DNA from: Takakia lepidozioides
Lineage: Eukaryota; Plantae; Bryophyta
NCBI GenBank assembly: GCA_030704615.1
Contig: CM060731.1
Span: 30,008,001 to 30,072,000 of the forward strand
Reading direction: 5' to 3'
Length of the DNA: 64,000 nt
Below are positions 49,267 through 60,332 of this stretch, piece after piece (position 1 is the stretch's first letter; the number at the start of each line of letters is the position of its first letter). The notes under the pieces were generated by a model. The model was not told the origin of the DNA and made no database searches. It was given only the letters and a program-made list of their open reading frames with translations. Made by a program: the position numbers and the translations under genes.

Positions 49267-49991
49267 TGTCGCGCACCTCACTTCGGAAAGTTCCCCTTCA
49301 AGTCATAGTTACTTGCTTTGATGCGCGCGCCTAACTCCCAAACTGGCCGTCGGGCCAACTCGGAGCTTCGGCTGCTCACCGGGACATAACGGTCTCCCTT
49401 TGCTCCTCCAACAAACCCTCCACATATTTGGACCTAGTAGAAATTCCCTTTGGTAGATGACAGTCCGGAATAACTCCCCACACCTTGGTCGCTTTCCGGC
49501 TCGCACGCTCACTCACTAGTTTTTGGACACCAACCGGCTTACACCGTTATCGGGGTTACTACTCCCTATATATACTTTTGTGACTGTCCGCGGGGGTTTC
49601 ACAAACAACCAGTCGTTTTATGGTGAACCACCACGAAAACCCTCGACTCCCGGTGATGAGTCGCGGTGAGTCTTGGCCCACCCACCACGGCCCCATTGGA
49701 CCGTGATGAGTCCCAAGACTCCCCACGATTCCCACCACAAGGTCTCCGCCCCATGGTGAGTTCTATGCCACCCCCACTAAGACCCACTAAGCTACCACCA
49801 TCCCTCGTGCAGCCACCCCCACCGCAACCCGGTGTGCGGGGCCCCACCTAGTGAGCGCCTCCGCCTCTTTCAGTGCCTTGGGCACTCAAGGGTGCTTCAG
49901 CCCCCATATCTATTGTTGCCACTGCCCTCACCACAGGGGTAGCCCCTCTCGTGTCCCGACCCCCTGCCCTCAAGACAAAGGGCCGTGACAC
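49267..49991 (-). mobile_element. 3' LTR (725 bp) of a minus-strand Ty3/gypsy chromovirus
   Basis: Inverted termini TGTCGCG...CGTGACA. The purine-rich minus-strand GGTAGGGGTGTG directly precedes it (PPT-like), and it lies downstream of the minus-strand pol. Confidence 0.75.
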
Positions 49992-50834
49992 ACACCCCTA
50001 CCAATAAGGAGTCGATGTCCTCATCGACTTGTCAATTTTGTAGAAACGAACATCCAAGTTGTGGCGTCCTACATCAAGGAGTTTGTTTCCGTACCTTGGC
50101 GTCCCACGGCAGAGAACCAAACCCCCACTTGACTCTACTCTTCACTAGCTAGTTCAGCCGACTTCTTCCAAGTCTCGGCCAAGGGTGGAGCCTCTCAAGC
50201 TCCTCCCAGTGCACTCTTCTTGGCCCACTTCAAGGCCAAGGAATGATCCTCCCCGAGGATCGAATCGCCTTACTGCAACAACATTGCTTGCGACCGCTCG
50301 TGATGTCGCTTTTGGCATCACCTTGAGCAAGGGTTCACCTTGAACCCTTTTGACAAGGAAGATAACCTTGAACCAATTGTGCGCCCCAATCACTACAATT
50401 GGGTCCGCCTTGGAATGCTGGCCTGAGGTACGGGAACACGCCGAAACCGCACTACGACTTCGTCCCGAGGCTACATGATTATAGTACGTGAACGGAAGCA
50501 TGTAGCTTCCGCATTAGCCTGCACTACAAGGCAACCCCCTTGGTAGTGCAGTTATAGTACGCGCACGTACCAGGTGCGCACTAGCACGTGAACCCCCAAA
50601 GAAGGCGCAAGTTTCCTTGCCCCTTAGAGGAATCACCCAATTTCGGCACTGCGCAAACACACGATTAATCCAATTTACCTCTCCCACTTTTGTAAGCTAG
50701 CATGCATTCTACACACTTAGCCAACCGTACCATGCATCACCATTGCAAACAAAATAGGACGCACAACATTTGGAAACCATTTCATTTATAAACAAACTTT
50801 GTGCAACACAAGTTTTTGCAATCGGATTCCTGAG

Positions 50835-53257
50835 CTAGCTAAGCCTGGCTAAGCATGCATTTCCTCCCCCACGCTCCAAGGTTGATGTCCCCATCAACGC
50901 TTCTTCGGGTCGCCCTTCGAAAGCTGCAACCGCCTCGGATGCGTTTCCCATTTCTGAGGCACGCACCCAAGTTGCCTCCACTTGATGATAGCCCTTCCAT
51001 TTTACGAGATACTCCGTTTCTCGATTCTTGAACCTCCTCGACTTAAGCACTGCCTCCACCTCGTACTCAGGCTCATTTTCATGATCCAACAACACAGGTG
51101 GCGGACGCAACATTTGATGCCGATTTGGACGCGCTTCATCTTTGAAGTATGGCTTAAAAAAGAAGACATGGAATACCGTATGCACCTTGTTGTTTGTCGG
51201 CAGCTCCAATTCATACACATCCTCATTCATAACCTTCCGGATGCGAAAGGGTCCCGCATACGGAGGTACGAATTTCGGACTCACTTCCGGAGGTAGTCGA
51301 AAATTCTTGATGTTCAACCAGACCTCCGTACCTGCTTCAAACTTAACTTCCCTCCGTTTTTGATTTGCCTGCCGTTCATACCGTTTCCTAGCTTTGGCAA
51401 TGTTGTACTTTGCGAGCTTCAACAAACGCTCCCATTCTTCCAGTACCGCCGCTGCTGCCGCTGGTTCCTCAACGTCCTGGGCGGCCCAACTTATCGGCAA
51501 CAGAGGTGCTTTTCTATAGACCAATATGAAAGGAGACACTCCCATTGCAGAGTGTTTTGTGTTATTATAACAGAACTTTGCCGCATCCAAGTGCTCCACC
51601 CAATCTGATTGGTCTGCGGACACATAATTCCGCAAGATCTGCTTCACCACGGAATCACTCTTTCCGTTTGGCCGTCCGTCGTAGGTCGGAAGGCCGTACT
51701 CATCTTGAGTTTCGTCCCCATTTTCTTCCAAAGTGCTCTCCAAAATTTACTTGTAAACTTTGGATCGCGGTCCGCGACAATATCCTTCGGGAGTCCATGA
51801 TGCTTGAAGACGTGGGCGAAGTAAAATCGCCACGTCTCCTGCGCCATTGCCGTCTCCTTGGTGGGAATGAAATGGCCCATTTTACTGAACCTATCCACCA
51901 CCACCATGATTGCATCGAATCCTTTTGACAGCGGCATAGCAGTCATGAAATCCATCAAGACACTTTCCCAAGACCCCTCTGGAATCAGCAAGGGTTGTAA
52001 CAGCCCCGCTTGCTTTTTGTACTGGCTCCGGTTTTGTTGGCATGTGGTGCATGTCTTGACATACTCCTCGGCCTCATCCCTCAGTTTGGGCCAGAAGTAC
52101 TCTTTCTTCAAGAGAGTCGCGGTGCGCTTGGCTCCGCCGTGGCCCGCAAGCGGGCCATCGTGGCATTCTCTCAGGAGACTATCTCTGATCCCTCCCTTTG
52201 GCACATAGAGACGCTTTTGTTTGTACCGGAGCAGTCCATTGTGTAAGTGGAACTGCGATTTAACCCCCATCCTCAAGTCCCGCATCACGGACTTCGCCAT
52301 CTCATCCTTCCGGTAGGCCTTCCGGATCTTCTTTTGGAGCGTCGTCTCGCCCTTGTACACCAACATGAGCTGCTGCTTTCTACTTAAAGCATCGGCCACC
52401 ACATTGTCCCGTCCCGGTTTGTATTGGATATCCACATCGAACACTGCCAAAGTGTCTTGCCACCTAAGTTGTTTTGGAGACAACTTAGGCTGCGTGGCAA
52501 AATACTTCACCGTAACATTGTCCGTGAACACCTTCACCGGGTTGGAACCAACATAGTGGCGCCAAAGCTCAAGGCAATGCACCACCGCCTTCATTTCTTT
52601 CTCATGCATAGGCCACCTTCGCTCCACTTAATTCAATTTTTTACTTTCGTAAGTCACTAGACGTCCATCCTGCATGAGCACACCCCCAATTGCGAAGTCC
52701 GACGCATCTGTATGAATCTCAAATGGACGGTCGAACTCTGGGATTTTCAGGACTGGAGCTTCCGCCAACCGCTGCTTCAACTTGGCAAAAGCTTGGTCAC
52801 AAAATGTGTTCCATACCCAGACCTTGGACTTACATAGAAGGTCCGACAGCGGCCCCGCGATCTTGGCAAAATTTCTCACATACTTTCGGTAATAGGAGGC
52901 GAGTCCTAGGAAAGATCGCACTCTCGGGACCGAAGTCGGAGGCTCCAAGTCCAAGATCGCCCTCATCTTTCTGTCATCCATTTTGATCTCGTCTTATGTA
53001 ATCACATGCCCTAGGAACTCCACTTTTGTGACCCCGAATTTGCACTTTGAAGCTTTGGCATACAGCTTCCCTTCCCGCAATTTCTGGAATACCCTTTTGA
53101 GGTGCTCCAGGTGCTCTCCTTTGTTTTTGAGTACACCAAGATGTCGTCAATGTACACGATCACGAAGTCATCCAACCACTCCTGGAAAATGCTGTTCATT
53201 AGCGTGCTAAAGGTCGCAGGTGCGTTGGTGAGCCCAAAGGGCATCACCAAGAACTCG
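50835..53257 (-). mobile_element. Ty3/gypsy chromovirus pol (RT 3' part, RNase H, integrase, chromodomain), frameshifted and 5'-truncated
   Basis: [16 protein letters not shown]...VYIDDIL (RT); HTDASDFAIGGVL (RNase H); CHDGPLAGHGG...CTTCQ, VVVDRFSKM, DRDPKF, TDGQTER (IN); YAGPFRI (GPY/F); YEVEAVL...EYLVKWKGY..EATW (chromodomain). Confidence 0.93.
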
Positions 53258-53570
53258 TGTCGCAGCCCTTTGCCTTGAGGGCAGGGGGTCGGGACACAAG
53301 AGGGGCTGCCCCTGTGGTAGGGGCAGTGGCAACAATAGATACAGGAGCTGAAGCACCCTTGAGTGCCAAGGCACTCAAGGAGGCGGAGGCGCTCACTAGG
53401 TGGAGCCCCGCACACCGGGTTGCGGTGGGGGTGGCTCCACGAGGGGTGGTGGTAGCTTAGTGGGTCTTAGTGGGGGTGGCATAGGACTCACCATGGGGCG
53501 GAGACCTTGTGGTGGGAGTCATGGGGAGTCTTGGGACTCATCGCGGTCCAATGGGGCCGTGGTGGGTGGG
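53258..53570 (+). mobile_element. Partial LTR copy in inverted orientation relative to 49267-49991
   Basis: tgtcgcagccctttgccttgagggcagggggtcgggacac...ggtgggtggg is the reverse complement of ~49677-49991. Confidence 0.85.
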
Positions 53571-53960
53571 TCTTCATCTTCTTCCAAAGTGCCCTCCAAA
53601 ATTTACTTGTAAACTTTGGATCGCGGTCCGAGACAATATCCTTTGGGAGTCCATGATGCTTGAAGACGTGGGTGAAGTAAAGTCGCCCCGTCTCCTGCGT
53701 CGTTGCCGTCTCCTTGGTGGGGATGAAATGGCCCATTTTACTGAACCTATCCACCACCACCATGATTGCATCAAATCATTTTGACAGCGGCATAGCAGTC
53801 ATGAAATCCATCGAGACACTTTCCCAAGACCCCTCTGGAATCGGCAAGGGTTGTAACACCCCTGCTTGCTTTTTGTACTCGCTCCGATTTTGTTGGCATG
53901 TGGTGCATGTCTTGACATACTCCTCGGCCTCCTCCCTCAGTTTGGGCTAGAAGTACTCTT
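53571..53960 (-). mobile_element. Duplicated integrase segment of the same chromovirus
   Basis: Near-identical to ~51715-52105 (MVVVDRFSKMGHFIPTKET...DRDPKFTSKFWRALWKKM). Confidence 0.88.
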
Positions 53961-54300
53961 TGGAGAAAGGGTAGAGACCACTATAATTTTTCTTACTGAC
54001 ATACCAAGACTGATTAAAGGGTGCATGATGTGGGAATGAATGAGCAAATTAAAGACAAAGCTAAACAAGACAAAGCTGAAAGAATAGAGAAATATGCTAT
54101 AGAAATGGAAGCTCGGTTGAGAAAAGAGTTCCCAGAATTACAAAACTTGAATATTATTCAAAGTGAGACATCAAGACAAATTGATGGTGATAAACCAGAA
54201 GATCAAGAAATCGGATCGTTGGAAAGTGAGAACACTACTCCAGAAGGAGTTGCCAGTAATGCACTTGATGAATGGTTATGTCAAGTTATTTTACCACTAG

Positions 54301-57300
54301 TGTGAAACTAGCTAGGAAATAGCTAGCTTTTACATATTGACATTTGGGATTGGCCCAAGTGTCAATCCAGGGGTCAAGGCAGATTTAGGCCCTGGAGTGG
54401 TTATCTTCACGGCAAGCGCGGGAGGCTCATCTTTCTCGAGTTGAGCCTCACCGCGCCTAGCTATGGCGCCGTAGTGTGGATTCCCCATGGCGTGAGGTGC
54501 ACTTGGCTTGACTTGTATTTGAGTGATGAGGTTATATATGCATGAGTTTATGCTTCAGATTTGTGAGCTCGTGCTTGTATTCTTCTTCTTTATCATTCGA
54601 GAAAGATGAGCTCGTATCTGTGAGTGCTAGATACGAGTTAGTTGTAGCACTTGTGGTTTTTGCTTGAGAATGAGAGAAACCAAGTTGTTATGCAAGGAGC
54701 ACCGTGGAGCTCTTGGTTGTTAGAAGCGGAGGCGATGTGGGTTACGAGGTGGTAGACCTTGGCATTCGATCTTCAGCTTCAGAGATGAAAGCACCATGCT
54801 GCAGGTAATTCCAGAGCACCTTGATGGTTTCAGATTGTATACATGCATGAGCAAGCACGATTGGGAAGAGGACCAATCAAGAGCAGGTTATAGTGGCTTT
54901 GGTGGCAAAGCTGAGAACTGGACTTGGGAATGCGAGCTTTCATTGTGTGAAGGATTGCAAGACCAAGCGAAAAGGCTGATTTGGCTTGGGGCAAATCAGT
55001 GCACTTTGTGGAGTATGGTGAGATTGGGTTTCAATCTCGAGCTTCAGCATTGAGAGGGCTCTTGTCATGGCAAGAGCAGAGCTGGAATAGGAGCTAAGAG
55101 GTGCGGCAAGGCCATGGAATGTGCACCTAGGGTTTCAGAGCTTGGAAGAACAGCTCTTGCACCACAAGAGAAGTGTCTTGTGGCTGGAAATGTAAGCCTT
55201 AGGGTTTCAGGAGCTTGGCAAAGGCTGTGGAGTGCTTAGTCTTGTCTTAGAGAGCATCAAGGAGCCAAGGAGCCAAGATAGGGGGCTGATATCTCGTGTT
55301 TGAAAAGGTTGCATGTGTGGAGCATGTATTCAGCTCATTGAAGCTTCTATCTTCAAGCTTGGAGGGCAAGCAAGGAAGAGGGAAGGGCTGACTTCCCTTA
55401 TGTGAGGGCAATGCATGTGTGGAGCATGCTATCAGCCTGGTGAAGGCTTGCACTTTCAGGTGTGGGAGTGCAAGAAAGGAAGGAAGGGGATGGTTTCCCT
55501 GTAGGGCATGTGGAGCATGCTTTCAGCCTGCTGAAGCTTGTATTTTCAGGTTTGTGGGTGCAAGAAATGAAGCAAAGGAGCTGATTCTCTTATGGTGAGA
55601 GTGGGGCATGTGTGGAGCATGCCTTCAGCCCATTGAGGCTCTTGTTTTCAAGCTTTAGAGAACTAGAACGGAGGTCTAGGGCTGGTTTCCACTTGGAGTG
55701 AAAGAAAAGCACTTGTAGGGCATATGTGAGTTGGGGTTTCAACTTCAAGCTTGAAGGGAGCGCAACTCTTGAAGCAGCAGGTGTAGGGGGCTGGAATAGG
55801 CTCTAAGACAGATGCTATGGCCAAGGAGAGTGCTTGAATGAGTGCTCACAAGGGCTGGGAACCAACAGGGCTTGGTTGTTTGCCATTGAGTTTAGTGGCG
55901 TGTTTGGGGAGGCTAAGTGAGAAAGAAGGCTTGGTTTGTGGCAACCACCTCATGGCTTAGGGCTACTATGGTGGTGTGTGGGAGCCGAAAGAGCAAAAAT
56001 ACCTTGCTGATTTCCTCACAGCCGCCATAGCTCGGTGGAAAGAAGCCTAGAGTCCAAGAGACACAAACCCTAGCTTGGCGTGGCTAAACCCCTTGGAGAA
56101 ATGGCTAAACTGCCAGAGCGGCCATGGATGGGGCTGTGTCAGGCTGCGCCGGTGGCCTTCAGGGCTATGACGGGCTGTGCCGGGCTGCGAGGGCTTGTGG
56201 CTAGCTGTGACGGGCTGTGAGGGGCTGTGACAGGCTGTGCCCAGTGGCCTGTGGGGCTGTGACGGGCTGTGTGGGGCTGTGACAGGCTGTGCCCAGTGGC
56301 CTGTGGGGCTGTGACGGGCTGTGTGGGGCTGTGACAGGCTATGCCCAGTGGCCTGTGGGGCTGTGAGGGGCTGTGAGGGGATGTGACAGGCCGTGCCTGA
56401 GGCCTTTGGGGCTGTGACGGGCTGTGAGGGGCTGTGTCAGGCCGTGCCTGAGGCCTTTGAGGCTGTGAGGGGCTGTGACAGTCTGTGCCCAGTGGCCTGT
56501 GGGGCTGTGACGGGCTGTGCCCAGTGGCCTGTGGGGCTGTGATGGGTTGTGACAGGCTGTGGCGAGCTGTGATGGGCTGTGCGGGGTTGTGATAGGCTGT
56601 GGCGGGCTGTGCCCTGTGGCTTGTGGGGCTGTCACGGGTTGTGACAGGCTGTGGCAAGCTGTGACGGGCTATGAAGGGCTGTGACAGGCTGTACCCAGTG
56701 GCCTGTGGGACTGTGACGGCTGTGACCAGTGAGCTGTGTGGGCCTGTGCTAGTCTGTGGTGGCCCGTGTTGACCTGTGGACGGCCTATGCTGACTCGTGG
56801 AGGCACTGGTGGACTGCCTAAGGACTGGCATGTGGTCTGGAAGGCCGAATTTTGAAGCTCGTGGAGGGCGGTTTGAGGAGTATCTTCATGATATTCCCAT
56901 GGTCATGCAAGTGAGGGAAGAGAGGAGAGGAAGAGTGTTGGGATGAGGGCATGCTGGGGTTAGGCATTGCTTTAGCTTCTCTTCCTCGTAGTTTCCACCC
57001 TCTAATTAGGCCAAGACCTTTCCGTAGGTGGAGGCAAGAGTCAGTCCGGGTTTGGGCTGGGGTGTCATTGCAGGAGCAACACCGTGGAGTTGTTTTTGGT
57101 GTGGGGGAGTTGTCGTTCTGATTTCTTGTGTTTGGATCCCCTCCATACCTGCATGCTTGACTGTGCGCCATGCTAGTTTTGTGTGGGCGCTTGTTTTTAT
57201 AGGTGATTGGTCCGGATTTGATCACCGGCCAGTCCTAGACCATGTTGTCGATGGTGAGGCTGGGGTGATGACCAGCCAGACCATCATTGTTTCTCCTGTG

Positions 57301-60300
57301 GTGAGGTTGGAGGTGATTACCAGCCAACCATAGGAGTGCTTGCGGTGGATGCAGGTATAGGTGTAGGCTATGTTAGGAACTTAGTATTCCAAACCATAAG
57401 CCGCAACAGGTTCTCTACCCGGTTACCTTGTGGAGAGGGGATTAGGGATATGTTCATGACCGGTTGAGTATCAACACGGAGGTGCCACTAGTTGTTGGGG
57501 ATAGTGCCGGTTCGAGCACTAGCGATACTAGTGGGTACACGAGACGAGGTGTGCGGTTTAGGCCACCTTCACCTCCTGTGTCTTCTACGGAAGGTTCTGA
57601 TTCAGATTGTGAATCAGGAAGACTCATACCGGCGGTGCAAGTTGTTTCTTTGCAATTGTTGTGGGACACAATGGAGGAGATGTATGGAGCTACCAAGGGG
57701 CCATGAAGGTACTCTGGGGCGGTGGGCACCATCGAGTTGGATGATTTTATCCAAGAGTTTGATAGTTGGTGTGATTTGCAGCAAATGCGCAATCCACAAC
57801 TATTTACGCCTTTCATGGCATGGAAGGGGCTGTTTCAGCACCTTGAGGGGCCGCCTATGGATGATTACCATGAGTTCAGGTAGGGGCACGAGGTTGAGAT
57901 CGAGGAGTGGAGGATGTACTGGTCACCCGACTATGTCTCCATCACTAGGGGCACTAGAGCCATGAGGGCAGTAGCTACACCTGCCGCTGCACCGGCAGCT
58001 TCAGCAAGTACCAGTGGGACTAGTGGGACTGGTGGTACAGTAGTTACGACGTCCACCCAAGCTACTACCGCACCAGCACTAGCACCCGTGCCTGCCTTCA
58101 ACCCTGTTGTGGAGTTCTTCGAAGAGTTGAGAGGGAACTACCAAGGGGTGAGGACAGAGAAGTTGTGGAGCTTACAAGAGTTCCAACGGAAGCCGACCGA
58201 GAGCTTGAGGGAGGCTTTCACTCGCATGAGGCGCTTGATAAATGTAACCCAAGGGGTTACGGAAGCTCAGGCAGTCCAATTCTGGTATGGGATATTGGAC
58301 AAGGAGCTGAGGAGAAGGGTGCGGGATGCAACTCTCCTACAAGCGGCCCAACCCACCTTAGCAAATGTATTTTTGCTGGCAGAGCGGATAGAGCTCAACA
58401 TGGTGGAGGAACGAGTGGTCATGGTGGGATTTGCTAAAGAGACGCCACGGGGTAGTGGTGCTCCTAGCCAACCACTACCTCAACGTGCTCAAGGCAACAA
58501 GGGGGCTCAGGTGAAGCTTAGGGAAGGGCAGAGAGGACCTCAGATGCAGGGGTCTCTCCCTTCATTTGCTGGCCAACAACAGGCGGATGTGGTATGCTGG
58601 ACATGTGGAGGACCCCATGTCAAGAAAGATTGCCCAGAGGGAGGCAAAGGGTCGGCACCTGCACAGACTGCACAGTTGCAGTGTGGGCATTGTGGCAAGC
58701 ACAGGCATGGAGAGGCCCAGTGTTATGGTTTGCATCCTGAGTTGCGCCCAAGGTCAGTTCCAAGGGAACAATGGTGGCCGGGGGCGAGGTGGAGCAGCCC
58801 AGAGAGGACGAGGTGGCCAGCCACGAGGTGCAGGCCAAGGGCAAGCTCAACATGGCCAAGGACGCGGAGGTCAGGGTGTTGACCAAGGCATGGCCAACCG
58901 GCTTCAGCAGCTAGAGCAGAGGCTTGCTGCCATGGCTACAGCTCAGGGGTACCGGCTCTAAGGCCGGATGGTCCACCTCCTGCTCCTGAGGGAGGAGATA
59001 TGGGAGGCATGGGATTCATGTGTGGAGCAGCACTACCACTAGTGCAGGTGAAGTCTGCTGCAGCCGTGACTCGAGGAGCAGCACGAGTTCCTGAGCCACA
59101 AGGTGCAGAGGTGGAGTTGGATCCACAGCGTGGGGAGGCAAGCCGTCAGGCTAGGCTTCCTCAGTCATTCACATTGGCGGAGACAATATCGACGCCATCC
59201 ATGGCACCTAGTTCTCGCCCGACTGTTACCGAGGCGGAGGTTACTATGCCATTGGGGAGAGCTACACGGGTAGCACCACTACCTAGTGTTGCCAAGGCTA
59301 CGGCAACTAGTGTGCTGCTAGGAGCGGCCACATCTGTATGCCAGGCTCCATTGTTCTCGGCTACCATGATTGCGACGCCGGGGGTAAGACCAGCTGAGGT
59401 GTTCAGGCTGGCAACTACACTCTGTGAGAGTGGGGTGGTTACTTCATCTTCTGCGGAGATAGTGGGAGGTGTAGTGCCGGAGGGATCCTCGGATTTGAGG
59501 GTCAAGACTACCACGGCGGCGCCATGGCAAGCTGCAGCTGCCAGGTTGATGGAGCTGCCAGCTAGGCCAGCCATTGAGCGCGCCATGGTGACACCTGGAG
59601 TTGTCATGTTAGACAACCAGGATGACATTTTCTGTTTGAGTGGACCGGCATGCAAGAGGTACCGGCCACTACGGGTCTTGTTGGACTCGGGAGCTCAGCC
59701 ATTGATGCTGGGCAGAGCTGCTATTGCAGGCTTGGGCCTCACGGAGGCGGATATGGAGCCTTGTCCTTTCCAGATACAAACGTCTCTGGGAGGATCGGAG
59801 CAGGCTCGGGGCATGACACGGCGTGAGTTGGCTATCAGACTACGGCCGGATCACCCTACAGATGGCTCAGTGATGCGAGCCAAGGCCATTGTGACAGTCG
59901 CGGTCTCATATGATGTCCTGGTTGGTGGGGCAGTGTTGTACCCCATGGGCTTCACCCTGGATTTTTGGGAGGAGTCAGCTTCCTATAAGCCTGCATGGCA
60001 GTCAGGGGAGGGCCGGCGTGTGCAGCTCCCTGTGACGTTCATAGGAGGAGTTGCGGTTGCCCAACGAGGCAAGATGCCGACACTAGCAGCATTCACAGCG
60101 GCAGTGAGTTGGCCTAGAGAGTTGCTTGAGGGCAACGCTCATTCAGAGGATGTGCCACCTCCGGGAGAGCAGGATGACATGTATGGTATGACGGAGTTGC
60201 CTACCATGGTTGCTCAGACTCCATTGTGGGGCACGAGCAAGGATTTGTAGCGGGATGCTGATCGACGGGTGCAACAAGCCTGGGTGGAGGCTTTTGTACC

Positions 60301-60332
60301 GTCAAGAGAGGAGGAGAGTGCGGGGATTGCAC
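54301..60332 (+). mobile_element. Second Ty3/gypsy-like retroelement: putative long LTR/leader, then gag (two Zn knuckles) and aspartic protease, interrupted at 60332 by a MULE
   Basis: Gag 57464-58960 with stops/frameshift: ELDDFIQEFDSWCD, LQEFQRKPTESLREAFTRMRRL, CWTCGGPHVKKDC and CGHCGKHRHGEAQC. Protease VLLDSGAQPLMLG...YDVLVG (59000-60250). The 5' boundary (TGTGAAAC at 54301) is tentative. Confidence 0.7.
56130..56730 (+). repeat. Minisatellite of GGCTGTG(A/C)-based 10-20-bp units
   Basis: gggctgtgac / ggctgtgcccagtggcctgtgg repeated dozens of times. This explains the repetitive 56139-56831 ORF. Confidence 0.9.

Noticed and set aside
54021-54305. 94-aa charged ORF between retroelements
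   Set aside because: No recognisable motif, no ATG at the annotated start, and probably a truncated fragment.
56139-56831. 230-aa Pro/Ser/His-rich ORF
   Set aside because: Translation of the GGCTGTG minisatellite.
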